Positions 12,801 to 26,491 of a stretch of 64,000 nt of DNA are shown here, piece after piece; the stretch's first letter is position 1, and each line of letters begins with the position of its first letter. A model generated the notes under the pieces. It saw nothing but the letters and a program-made list of their open reading frames with translations, searched no databases and was not told the origin of the DNA. The stretch lies in NCBI RefSeq assembly GCF_009914755.1, contig NC_060935.1, one strand, 5' to 3'. A program made the translations under genes and the position numbers. Source of the DNA: the human T2T-CHM13v2.0 reference genome, Homo sapiens.

Positions 12801-14981
12801 ACCTCTAGGTGCTTGGCAGCTACCCACTGGTTTCTCCTTGGCACTAGTATGTCTGCCTGCCATTGGGGGACCTGTAGGTGGAATTGCCCAATCTGGCCCC
12901 ACACTTTGTGGCCCCCACTGACCTCCTGGGGCTGAGCAGGGAGTTCAGACCACTATGTATTCCACAATGAGACATTTGAGACATTGCTTGAGACAAAAGA
13001 GAACTTCTGCCAGTAAACAAGGATCAAGTATATACACAGCCATATTGGCTGCAGTTGGCTCTTACCCACAAACACTATCTACTGAATTTAGGAAAAACTG
13101 CACAGCCCATTATAAAACCTACAGAAAGAAGTGCATAGGGCTGTGGAAGCAAAGCCAAAAGAACCCCTATGGAGGAGTGGAAGTGAAAGGGAAATAATAA
13201 TAATATAGGGGAAGAAAGAAAAATAAAAAATCCCACTTGCAAGAAAATTATCACAAAAATTATAAGTGCCAGAGTCTTCAGATAAGAAGGAACCAATGCA
13301 AGAATTCTTGCACCATAAAAAAAATCTGAATGTAGTGACATCACCAAAGGATTTTACTAACTCTACATCAATGTTCCCTAACGAAAATGAAAATTAAGAA
13401 ATGACAGATAAAGCATTCAAAATAAGGATTGCAAGGAAGCTCAATGAGATCCAAGATGAGGTTGAAAATCAATACAAATGTACTTCTGAAGCAACCCAGG
13501 AAATGAAGAGATGAACGTCTTAAAAAGGTATCAATCAGAGCTTCTGGCATTGAAAACTATCTTAAGGAAATTCAAAATACAATTGAAAGTTTTATTAATA
13601 AATGGGACCAAGCAAAAGAAAGGATTTCAGAGCTTGAAAACCAGTCTTTTAAACAAATCCAGTCAGACAAAAGTAAGTAAATAAGAATTTAAAAAATGAA
13701 TGAAGTCTTCAAGAAATATAAAATTATGTAAAGTGACCAAACCTACAGATTACTGGCATTCCTGAGAGAAAAGGAGAAAAAGTAAACAACTTGGAAATTA
13801 TATTTGATGGAATAATTCAAGAAAACTTCACTATTCTTGCTAGAGAGGTAGTCATCCATATATAAGCAATCCAAGGAACACCTGTGAGATACCATGCAAA
13901 ATGAACATTATCAGTGCATATAGTCATCAGACTGTCCAAGGTTATGCTAAAGAAAAAATATTAAAGGCAGCTGGAGAGAAAGGTCAGATCACATATCAAT
14001 GGAATCTTAGGCTAGCAGAGGACTTCTCAGCAGAAACCTGACAGGCCAGGGGAAATTGGGGGTTATTTTTATCATTCTTAGAGAAGACATATTTCAACCA
14101 AGAATTTTATATTTCACCAAGCTAAGCTTTAAAAGTGAAGGAGAAATAAAATCTTTTTCAGACAAGTAAGTACTAAGGGAATTCCTTACCACTAGACCAG
14201 CCATACAAGAGATCCTTAGGGAGTTCTAAATATGGAAATAAAAGATCAATACCTACAACCACAAAAACATGTGAGTACATAGCCTGGAGACACTATAAAA
14301 CAACCACACAATAGAAACTGCAAAGAAACCAGCTAACAACTTCATGATAAGACCCAAATCGCACATATCAATATTATCCTTGAATGTAAATGGCCTAAAT
14401 GCCTCACTTAAAAGGCACAAAGTGAAAATTTGTGTAGAAACGCAAAACCCAGGCATCTGTTGCCTTCGAGAGACCCATCTCACATGTTATTACAACCATA
14501 GGCTCAAAATCAAGGATTAGGGAAGACCTATCATACAAACAGAAAACAAAACAAAAAAGTAGGAGTCACCATTCTTATATCAGACAAAAAAGACTTTAAA
14601 CCAACAACAGTAAAAAAGGACCAAGAAGGGCATTACATAATGATAAAGGGTTCAGTTATAAAAGAAAGTTTAATGATCTTAAATATATATGCACCCAACA
14701 TTGGAGTACCCAGATTTATATAACAAGTACTTCTAGACCTACAAAAAGATTTAGATTACCACATAATAATAGTGGAGGATGTCAACATCCCACTGACAGC
14801 ATTAGACAGATCACCAAGGCAGAAAACTAACAAAGAAATTCCAGACTTTAACTCAACACTTGACCAATTGGACCTGATGGCTATAGAATACTCTATTCAT
14901 CAACCATAGAATATACATTCCTCTCATATTTACACATAACATATTTCAAGATGGACCAAATGCTCAGCCAAAAAGCAAGTC

Positions 14982-15297
<316 letters not shown>

Positions 15298-16510
15298 GAA
15301 GGCAAGTCATAATATATCCATATAGGTCAAAATTATAGCAACCGTACTCTCAGACCACAGTGGAATAAAAACAGAAATCAATACCAAGAAAATCTCTGAA
15401 ACACACACAATTCCATGGAAATTAAACAACCTGTTTCTGAATGACTTTTGGGTAAACAATGAAATAAAGGCAGACATCAAAAAATTCTTTAAAGTAAATG
15501 AAAACAGAGACATAACATACCAAAATCTCTGGGATGCATCAGAAACAATGTTACAAGGGAAGTTATGAGTGCTAAACACCTACTTCAAAAATGTAGAAAC
15601 ATCTCAACTATCTCACCTCACACCTAGAGGAATTAGAAAAACAAGAACAAACTAACCACAGAAGAAAATAAATAATTAAAAGTGGAACTGAAAAAATTGA
15701 GTCCCAAACATCCGTATAATCAATGAAACCAAAAGTTAGTTCTTTAAATGCTAAACAAGATCTACAGACCACTAGCTAGATTAACAAAGACAAAAAGAGA
15801 GAAGATCCAAATAAACACCATCAGCAATGACAAAGGTAACATTACAACTGATCCCACAGAGACTACTATGGATACCTCTATGCACGCAAATTTGAGGAAA
15901 TGATAAATTCCTGGAAACACACAATCTACCCAGATTGAATCGGGAAGAAATTGAAACCCTGAACAGACAGACTAATATCAAATTCCAAAATTGAATCAGT
16001 AATAGAAAGAACCTACCAACCAAAAAAAAAAAAAAAAAAAACCCGACTAGCCGGACTAGATTCACAGCTCAATTGTACCAGATGTACAAAGAGGAGCTGA
16101 TACCAATCCATTAAATCCACTATTCCAAATAATCAAGGAGGAAGACTCATCCCTAACTCTATGAAGCCAGTATCAACCTGATACGAAAACCTGACAAAGA
16201 CACTATGAAAAAAGAAAACTACAGGCTAATGTCCCTGATGACCATAGATGCAAAAATCCTCAACAAAATACTCGCAAACTGAATTCAGTAGTGCATCAAA
16301 AAGTAATTCACCATAATCATATCAGATTCATTCCTGGAATAGAAGTTTGGTTCAACATATACAAATCAATAAATGTGATTCACCAAATAAATAGAACTAA
16401 AAATAAAAACAATATGATCATCTGAATAGACATGGAAAAAGCTTTTGATAAATTCCAACATCCCTTTATGATAAAAAGCCTTAATAACTAGGCATTGGAA
16501 GAACATACCT

Positions 16511-17946
16511 CTTTTTTTTATTATTATACTTTAAGTTCTAGGGTACATGTGCACAACATGCAGGTTTGTTACATATGTATACATGTGCCATGTTGGTGTG
16601 CTGCACCCATTAACTTGTCATTTAACATTAGGTATATCTCTTAATGCTATCCCTCCCCCCTCCCCCCACCCCATGACAGGCCCCTGTGTGATGTTCCCCT
16701 TCCTGTGTCCATGTGTTCTCATTGCTCAATTCCCACCTATGAGTGAGAACATGCGGTCTTTGGTTTTTTGTCCTTGCAATAGTTTGCTGAGAAGGATGGT
16801 TTCCAGCTTCATCCATGTCCCTACAAAGGACATGAACTCACCTTTTTCATGGCTGCATAGTATTCCATGGTGTACATGTGCCACATTTGCTTAATCCAGT
16901 CTATCATTGTTGGACATTTGGGTTGGTTCCAAGTCTTTGCTATTGTGAATAGTGCTGCAATAAACATACGTGTGCATGTGTCTTTATAGCAGCATGACTT
17001 ATAATCCTTTGGGTGTATACCCAGTAATGGGATGGCTGGGTCGAATGGTATTTCTAGTTCTAGATCGCTGAAGAATTGCCACACTGACTTCCACAATGGT
17101 TGAACTAGTTTACAGTCCCACCAACAGTGTAAAAGTGTCCCTGTTTCTCCACATCCTCTCCAGCACCTGTTGTTTCCTGACTTTTTAATGGTCGCCATTC
17201 TAACTGGTGTGAGATGGTATGTCATTGTGGTTTTGATTTGCATTTCTCTGATGGCCAGTGATGATGAGCATTTTTCATGTGTCTTTTGGCTGCATAAATG
17301 TCTTCTTTTGAGAAGTGTCTGTTCACATCCTTCGCCCACTTTTTGATGGGGTTGTTTGTTTTTTTCTTGTAAATTTGTTTGAGTTCATCGTAGATTCTGG
17401 ATATTAGCCCTTTGTCAGATGAGTAGATTGCAAAAACTTTCTCCCATTCTGTAGGTTGCCTGTTCACTCTAATGATAGTTTGTTATAATTTCTGTTCTTT
17501 TACATTTGCTGAGGAGTGCTTTACTTCCAACTATGTGGTCAATTTTGGAATAAGTGTGGTGTGATGCTGAGAAGAATGTATATTCTGTTGATTTGGGGTG
17601 GAGAGTTCTGTAGATGTCTATTAAGTCTACTTGGTGCAGAGCTGAGTTCAATTCCTGGATATCCTTGTTAACTTTCTGTCTCGTGGATCTATCTAATGTT
17701 GACTGGGGGGTGTTAAAGTCTCCCATTATTATTGTGTGGGAGTCTAAGTCTCTAAGGACTTGCTTTATAAATCTGGGTGCTCCTATATTGGGTGCATATA
17801 TATTTAGGATAGTTAGCTCTTCTTGTTGAATTGATCCCTTTACCATTATGTAATGGCCTTCTTTGTCTCTTTTGATCTTTCTTGGTTTAAAGTCTGTTTT
17901 ACCAGAGACTAGGATTGCAACCTCTGCCTTTTTTTGTGTTCCATTT
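16511..17946 (-). mobile_element. L1PA4/5-like element with a ~2.4-kb internal deletion
   Basis: 3'UTR and ORF2 C-terminus at 16511-17481 joined directly to the endonuclease domain at 17474-17946 (ILNIYAPN, GDFNTP, YSKIDH motifs). Confidence 0.95.
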
Positions 17947-17956
17947 ACTATGGCAA

Positions 17957-18295
17957 TGTTGTGGAATGAAATGTGTTTCTCCAAAATTCACATGTTGAAG
18001 GCCAACCCCTGTATCTCAGAATTTGACTGCATTTGTTGATAGTGCCTTTAAACAAGTGATTAAGTCAAAATAAGACCATTTGGGTGGGCCCTAATCCAAA
18101 CTAACTGGTGTCCTTCTATGAGAGGCCATTTGGACACACAAAGAGATATCAGGGGTGCACATGCAGATACAGAAATGACGACATAAGAAAACAGTGAGAA
18201 GGCAAGCCAACAAGAGAGCCCTCAGAAGAAGCCAAACCTCCTGACACCTTGATCTTGGACTTTTGGCCTCCAGAACTGCAAGAAAATAATTTTAT
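17957..18295 (+). mobile_element. MLT1A MaLR solo LTR
   Basis: aaaattcacatgttgaag...gggtgggccctaatcc...gacaccttgatcttggactt. Confidence 0.88.
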
Positions 18296-20382
18296 TTAAA
18301 AAAAAAATACTTGGAATTATAAAATTCAAGAAGAGAAACTACTTATCCTGGATGCACCATTTTTTCTTGCATTTTTGCATTATTCAGTCCATCTTTCCAA
18401 TGCAGTGTTTATCAACCCCTGGTAAATAGTAAAATCATTTGGAGAGATCTTAGAAAATATTGATGTTTGGCCCTATGAAAGTTATATGAAGTTTGGGAAT
18501 AATGGAGGTTAATGTAAGTGATATTAAATGTTAACATATAAAAATTAGATAAATGGTTGAATGAGAGAATGAATAGCTTCATGTTTCTGTTGGGGACTTT
18601 AGAGTAGATGTTGTTTACCATTAATGACAACAAAGAACTCCAAATTAGGAACTGGATTGAGGAAAATTTGAAGAATTAACTGGGAGGTATCTGAGGAGCA
18701 ATAACAAGTAAGCTATCATTAGATATTGTTTTTTGTGTTTTGCAAAAGATATGTGATCCAAGTAACTGATATAAATTTCTTATGATTATCCCTTTTCATT
18801 AGATATAAAAATACTAAATGGGAATATTCACAGACTGTACTAACCAGACAGTGTCCTCTATTCTATCTGCAGACCCTTTAGTCAAATCATGCTAAGAATT
18901 TTCTTTAGATACAAGACTCTAAAGCATGCGTGGCAAATATTTAACATGTAGGCTGTACATGTATATGGAGAATTCCAGTGTAATCTTAAATTATATGCAT
19001 CAATTTGCTAATTACTAACGAGCAAAGATAAGGGCCATTATTCCAGCTTCACATGGTAGTCTTAGCCATGCCACCTCTCCTTTATTGTTAGATTTACAGT
19101 TTTCCTAAAAAAAGGTTAAATTTCTTTCCCCTCCAAAAACTGTCCTGGTTTTATCTTTGTCTAGATAGTTCCTTCTCTCGCTTAAGGTTCTATCTCATTA
19201 TCAGCATAAATTCTATGTTTTGCATTGTTGGAATAAGAAAAAGCCTTGTTGAGAGTCATACCAGGGCACTGTGATTTCTTATTGGCCTAGCTGATGATGT
19301 GATACTCTTGTTTTTCACCTATTCTGGGTAGCAATTTGGAATGAAAAAATAATATTACCGTGGTATAAGTCCCAACAGAAGTATTAAATCTGGCTAGCAC
19401 TACTTGTTATGACAGACTAAAATAAATACACTTACATTTCACCTTGGTTACTTTTCCATAAGAGTAATTTTATAAGTAGAGTTACTCTGCCTTGACAAAT
19501 ACTGAACTGTTGGGTAAAAAATGTATATGCTAACATGAATCATGCATATGAGTGTGCTTAGGTAACAATATATGGTAGAAATAGTGATATTGACTTCATA
19601 TGGATTTTACATATTGATTATACTGTATCACTGTATATATATTACATTGATTATATATTATCAATGTTATAATAGTTGGAGAAATAATACATACATATCA
19701 TATATTACATATCATATACGTTATCCATCCCACCAAAAAGTTCTCTTTGAGAGAGATGTAATTTATAATAATATGACAGCAACTTTCTATATATTTTTTC
19801 TATACATTCAAAATTATATCTTTGCTGATGAGTAAAAAAGTTGAGCAACATGGACGATGCTTATAGATTAATTGCATATCTTCTTTAGCTCAGTAGTGGG
19901 ATTATCAGGATTTAATTAAAAATTCACTCAAAATTCTTTGGAGGTGAAAAGCTTTTTTGATGAAAAAAATATAAATTTCAGAAGTTTCACTGAGATCAGT
20001 GATACTTCAGAGTATTTTTCTTGAAATTTTAGTAAAAAACATTCTTGTCGAAGAAATACAGTGTTCTGTAGTCAAGAATAACCCACCTGTGAATAGCATT
20101 GGTACATAATAAATTTAGTATTTTTATTTTTCTATTGTTGTTTTTAGAGATTCCGTGTTCATATATGAAGCACAGAGCAAAACAGGGGGTGTCTGAAAAA
20201 AGCCTCATGCCAGTCCAGAAAGCACCCCATCCAGGAGTATTGATATTGCTAAATTAACCATGAATCATGATCTGGTCCTCAGAATCTTGATTTTACTGGT
20301 GTTCTGTGAATGACTGAGAGTGAATGTGTGACTAGGAACATTAACTAAGGAGGACTGAGGAATTTTCACCTTCTTTAACTTA

Positions 20383-20500
20383 TCTTCTTAACCTGGGTAC
20401 CATAAATGAAATTTAGGGGACCTAATAACCTATCTAAAACAGTGCATATTTCTGAAGAGATGGTCAAATTCTCAAAGGAGTCTGTGAAAAAAGAAATTGG
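20383..20500. mobile_element. Possible hAT-Charlie (MER103-like) remnant
   Basis: ttcttaacctggg...attctcaaaggagtctgtga resembles MER103-type ends. Confidence 0.35.
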
Positions 20501-20667
20501 TCAGGTTAGAAATAGACAAGCCAAAGAAAAGTCAATATTTCCAAGCAAGACTCTCCCCTTATCCCCGTAGGAAAATGTTTGCTTTTCTCTCTCTCATTTT
20601 TATTCTCCATCTCTGTCAGTCTGTCTCTCACATTTTTTCTCAATCTTTTTTTGAAAGTAAAATTCTT

Positions 20668-20950
20668 TTTTTTTTTTTCTTTTTTTTTTCTTGGTCCTCT
20701 TGTTTTATTTTTTTTTATTATTTTTTTTTATTATACTTTAAGTTTTAGGGTACATGTGCACATTGTGCAGGTTAGTTACATATGTATACATGTGCCATGC
20801 TGGTGCGCTGCACCCACTAACTCGTCATCTAGCATTAGGTATATCTCCCAATGCTATCCCTCCCCCCTCCCCCCACCCCACCACAGTCCCCAGAGTGTGA
20901 TATTCCCCTTCCTGTGTCCATGTGATCTCATTGTTCAATTCCCACCTATG
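20668..20950 (-). mobile_element. Very short L1PA2-like 3' end with TSD and interrupted tail
   Basis: GAG diagnostic; 16-bp TSD tgaaagtaaaattctt at 20652-20667 and 20949-20964. Confidence 0.95.
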
Positions 20951-21879
20951 AAAGTAAAATTCTTATCATCTTTTTCCTAACAGCATACAAGTAAATTATC
21001 ACTAAATTGTCACATTCCAGTTATCCAACAGTGATATTACTTTCAGATTACCTTGATGGTTATATTGAGTATCAATGTTATATATATATATAAATGAATT
21101 AAAATATCCAATGTGTATCAATGTATCAACTTTACCATTTTGAATGTAAGGATATCCTTGTTTCTTAGTAGTCTTGATGCATCTCAATGTTAACTATCAT
21201 TTGAGGTAAAATTTAATTTTTCCACACAGATGATTTTTCTCCATTTTAACATAAAATGAACTATGATATTATAACAGAAAATTTATAGCATTTGTACTAA
21301 CTACAAAGATTAACGTTTTTATACAAAATTACATTTTGGTTTGCCTCTAGATGGGGATGTCATGATTGATTTCTTTATGTTGAACATAAAATCAGGAGAA
21401 ATGTAAGGAATTACAAAGTACGTCATCTGTAATCTAATTGGGAACTTTTTATTGAGAATTTATAGATGCTGTTTTGAGAACCAGCCATGTTCATGCATTC
21501 TGGTTTCATTTATCTTAGATGGGATAAACCATGTTTGTAATTTGTTAATTTTTGATAATTTTCCATCAGTTTTGGAAGCTATACAACCTATTCTGGCAGC
21601 ACATTTCTATGGCTGAGAACCAGAAGTCAGGTAGAAAAATATGGACAAAATATTCTTATAAAAATTCATGTGAACTTTGATATTTTATAGTTGCAGAAAT
21701 GAACTAGCAAAATTTCTGGAATGAATATATCAGAGGTAGTTGCAGTTTTAATATTATATTGATCAACAGCAAACCAAGATGGGAATGGGGAAAATCTTTT
21801 ACCTTATTCTCCCTGAGAATATTATCAGAACATACTGTTTGTACTTACAACATTTATAGCTGTCATCCCCTGTATTTAC

Positions 21880-22002
21880 GTTTTATCTGCCCTTTCTACT
21901 AGATCCTGAACTCCTAGATGGCCATGGCAGTGTTTCTATATCTTCACAGCACTGCACAAAGTGATATTATACAGTTGCTGTTCTTTAAATGTGTGTTGAA
22001 TG
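21880..22002 (+). mobile_element. L2 3' end
   Basis: actagatcctgaactcc...aaatgtgtgttgaatg. Confidence 0.6.
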
Positions 22003-22704
22003 TTGTAAAATTGATCACTATATTCATATGGAACTGTGCTTTTCAATGCTATGAACAATAGGTGACATTAATAAACTACCTTCAGTTAGAATTTCATAGT
22101 TTTCTACATTTTGGAGAGAAATATAGAGAAATAGTTAAGAAGCAAGAAACCTAATAAAACACTGCCTCTGACAATCTCATATGACATTGAAAAAATTAGG
22201 TAAGCTACCAGAGTTTTCAAATCTCTGAAATGGGGATGTTTTAAAATGGGTCACAGCTCACAGGCTGTGACCTTATCCCACTTCCCCTTTGAGATCTTCA
22301 CCAGCTCAGCATGCTTCAGATGTCCTCAAAGATTCTCAGCCTTACCATCTCACATAGCTGTTTACTAAGGAGAACTGCAGTCACTTGATGTCACTCTTAA
22401 TTTTCCTCTGAAGTGGGTCAAGAAGATTGCTCTAATTTTAAGTAAATGTCACTAATTGACAGACATTTCACAAAGATTTACAAAGTAAAGTTTGCATTTT
22501 AAAGTTTAAATATTAAATTCCAGTTCAGTCTTCCCAAGGGAAAAGTCCAGGCAGAAGATCTGTATGAGTCTAATAATCACACAGATCTTTGTCCTTTTAA
22601 TCAGATCATGGGGAAAATGCATCCATCCTGCAGGTATGTAGCATCTGAACATGTTATCATTTACAACTTATGAAATCTGTGTACATAATCATAAAGATGC
22701 ATGC

Positions 22705-22835
22705 GACTTTCACTATCCCTTTGTTCAAATGTGGTAGTTAATACCTCACAAGCCTATTTTTAAAATTAAGTGAGATATGTGTAAGCCATTCCAACACTCT
22801 CTGGTACAGAGTAAGTGACTGGCAATGGTAGCTAA
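22705..22835 (+). mobile_element. MIR
   Basis: atacctcacaag...attaagtgagatatgtgtaag...ctggtacagagtaagtg. Confidence 0.65.
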
Positions 22836-22984
22836 TGTGGTTACAGTTCAGAAGATACATAGTAGTAGGAAATATTTCTTGGTGAGAAATTTCACATATC
22901 TTTCACTTGGAATAAACTTAAAAATAATAGTTAAGATTAGGGCCCTAATTATGTGCTATAGGTAGTAAAGAACACTGCATAAGC

Positions 22985-23110
22985 ATTACCACATTTTACA
23001 GTTGAACAATTAGAGGCACAGAAAGGTTAAGTACCTTATTCACAATCCCACAGATGATAAGTAGCAGAACCAGAATTCGAATCAAGAAAAGCTGACCTAA
23101 GAGCCCACAC
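22985..23110 (-). mobile_element. MIR
   Basis: cattttacagttgaacaattagaggcacagaaaggttaagt. Confidence 0.8.
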
Positions 23111-23325
23111 TGTGTTTCTGCAAAGGGCCAAACAGTAAATACTTTAGGTCTGTAGGCCATATGCTCTCTATTATAACTACTCAACTCTATTACTAGAGTG
23201 TGAAAGCAGCTATGAACAATATGTAAACAAATAGGCTTGAATGTGTACCAGTAAAATTTTATTTACAAAACAGGTAGCAGCCCTGATTTGACTCATGGAT
23301 CATAGTTTGCTGATATGTACCCTAA
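23111..23325 (-). mobile_element. MER58A (hAT-Charlie MITE)
   Basis: tttctgcaaagggccaaacagtaaatactttagg...aaaattttatttacaaaacagg...catagtttgctga. Confidence 0.85.
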
Positions 23326-24519
23326 ATCAGCAGCTCTCAAGGTTTTGAAATATCATTAAACATCTTCCACAGAATAAGAGGGAGTCAATTATTTAAAGAA
23401 TTCCAGACTCTCCTAAAGATTTATACTCCTTTACTGCCTGACTTATACCAATTGGGCCATCTCCTTTTTGGTTCTAGAAATGCCAGAACATGAATTGAAA
23501 AGACCATCAAGAAGATTGGAAACAGCTAATAAGTAAAATTTACCTTGGCCCAGAGTGTAACAATAGTGTTCTTGGTGGCCATCCCTCAAACTTTCTTGCC
23601 ACAGTTGAATGAACATTGATTCAACTGTATGAATACAAAAAAGATGGATCACTTTCAGAATTTAGGAATTATCTAACTATTAGAGTCATGTGTCAGACCT
23701 GAAACTTTCACACCAAGTGCTCTGTTTCACATATTTGTAGCTGGGTTAAAACAGAAGTAGCTTTGTTGGAAAACGAAAGAGAAAATATAATGGTAAATCC
23801 CTATCCTTCAGGAGCTACAGCTCTTAGCTGAGCTTTTATAAGAGATTCTATAATAAAAAAGAGATACAATCCAGAGCAGACACTTGACAATTTAAAGGCC
23901 TAAGAGATAATTCCCATTGCCAGGGACATTAGGTGTTGAAAACTAATGAGTACTAAAAAAAATGAAATGAAATTAAATAACTGCCCAGCTCTGGCCGGTG
24001 GAAAGGAGCAACCAACATTAAGCGATGTTCATTCATCTTTGTCCAATGCTACTCTTCAAATATCAACTTATTTTGTAAATATAAAGGCTACCACATCAAA
24101 TACACTTTCCATAAATTTCCTATTATATCTTCATCTGAGTAAAAATATGTTTCCATGGTGGATATTTTTAAACCTTTCAAGATCTACCTGCCTCCCAACC
24201 CTTAACTATCTCACTGCAGATCTTGACATGCTATGTTCTCAGTAATTCGGTATCTAGAATCTGTTAAGGACATATTTACTGTGAAAATGGAATCCTATAA
24301 TTGGATGTAGTTTTGATGGCCTATGTTTTAGATTTTCTAGAGAAGCAAACTTAGTTACCTTCTCCTTATTTTTATTTCAATCCCATTGGCAGAATGTTTC
24401 ACCATGTTCAAGGTAAAACTTAGGGATCCATAAAAGCCCATGGGCTCAAAGCTGTGACAGATATTTGATCTGTAGCTCTGGGTAAACTACCTCTGTACCA
24501 TATCCATAGGGAAATAAAA

Positions 24520-25135
24520 TATGTTCATTTTCTATTTTTGCATAAAACATTAACAAAGTTAATAGTTTAAACAGAACTCATTTATTATCTCATATTTTGC
24601 AAGTCGAAAGTTTAGATATTTTCAGCAGAGCCTGTGTTTGGGGCTAACAAGTTCGTAATTATGGTGTTGGATAAACTGGACACTCATGGAGGTTATGGGA
24701 AATAATCTTCTCCCTAAAACATTCCCTTTATTGGCTGAATTCAGTTACTTGCAATTTTAGGGCAGAGATCCCCGTTTACTTGCTAGCTGTCAGCTGGGAT
24801 CTGCTCTGAGGGCTTAGAGATTTCTTGAAGTTCCTGGTCACAGGCTTTCTTCATCTCAGCAATGGAAAACTGCCTCGTGTTGAATCCTTCTCATGCTTCA
24901 AATCTCTTTGACTTTCTCTCCTGCTCCTAACTAGAGAGAGCGCTTCAATTTCAAAGAACTCATGTGTTTGAATTGGCAAATCCAAGCAATCATCCCTTTT
25001 GCCATGTAATTTGAAATAATGACAGGAATGACATTGCGTCATATTGTATAAGGTTCTGCCTATATTCAAAGAAGAGGGGATTACACAAGGGTGAGAGTGA
25101 TTCAGTGTTATTCTTAGAATCCTGCTTGGAGCACC
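24520..25135 (-). mobile_element. MLT1E-family MaLR solo LTR
   Basis: catttattatctca...gaattcagttacttgca...gaatccttctcatgcttcaaatctct...ttcttagaatcctgc. Confidence 0.8.
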
Positions 25136-25149
25136 CACGAAGGCCTTCA

Positions 25150-25383
25150 TTCTAAAACAGGAAGAAAACTATGGACTGTGGGCCAAATCCAGTCAGATGC
25201 CTGTTCCTGTAAATAAAGTTTTACTGGAATAGAGCTATACCCATTTTTTTGGATATTGTCATGTCTGCTTTCGTGCTATAACAGCAGAGTTGATGAATTG
25301 CAACAGACTATGCTCCACAAAGCCTAAAACATTTACTATCTTGCCTTTTATTTAAAAAATGTTTGCCAACCTGTGGCCTAGAC
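25150..25383 (+). mobile_element. MER58A (hAT-Charlie MITE)
   Basis: aaactatggactgtgggccaaatcc...gtaaataaagttttactggaa...gtttgccaacc. Confidence 0.85.
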
Positions 25384-26192
25384 TGTTAATGTCTAATTTA
25401 GTGGGGTTAATTATCCATGTCATATGTTTTGCTTGCTAACAACAATAGTTAATAGCCAAGGATATTGCCTAGTTCACTATCGCTAGGAAATTAACTAAAT
25501 TGTCAACCCTCACTTTCTTATCGTTTCATATCCCCATACTGATATTTTCCCCTTTCACATGAAGCTATTTATTTTGCTGTGGTTGACTTAAGCTCAGCCT
25601 TGTTTGGAAACCCTGTTTACCCTGATAGCCAATATAAGTTTGCACTCAAATGAGAGAATCATTAGTTATGTCCAAAGACTTCACTTAAACTCCCTCATAT
25701 TTCCCACAAATATTAAACTAATATCTAAAGAATAAGTCCTGGGCATTTAACCATTACCCAGTATGTTGATGTTTTACTCTTGTATCCAGTTGCTGAAACT
25801 AGTCCCTGGGATGGCTCCCTGTTTATACATTAGAAAGCACGTCAGAGCATTAGTAATTGTTACCAGGCTTATGACATAGCAAGAAAGATATATGCCCCAC
25901 ATATAGGTAATACTCTATTTGTATTTGACACATTAAAATTATAGAAGAACCAAATAATGAATCTGAAATTAGTTTAGACAAACTGACCATTCAAAAACAC
26001 TGTGGGATTGAAGCCTTTTGCCCCAGTGCACTCATAATGACTGATTTTAAAGAGGTTTGATTTGTTAGTTAAGTACTCCATGCTATTGTTAAAAGAATAT
26101 CAACCAGACGGATGGTGTCACAGAAATCATAAATATATACTTCAAGAAGTAGTCAAAAAGACGTCAAGTTATAGTACATAAAAGGAGCAGTA

Positions 26193-26491
<299 letters not shown>

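Noticed and set aside
17469-17984. 171-aa endonuclease-like ORF as a functional or domesticated gene
   Set aside because: Truncated L1 ORF2 EN fragment lacking the N-terminal residues and the terminal SDH motif; its start comes from the adjacent LTR.
19560-19730. AT-rich imperfect inverted repeats and an 87-aa ORF
   Set aside because: Low-complexity (AT)-rich sequence explains both.
23601-23628. Perfect 10-bp hairpin acagttgaat-8 nt-attcaactgt
   Set aside because: About one such stem is expected by chance in 64 kb of AT-rich DNA; too short for a pre-miRNA.
23111-25383. Two oppositely oriented MER58A copies as ends of a composite transposon
   Set aside because: No shared outer TSD seen; MER58A is abundant and independent insertion is simpler.
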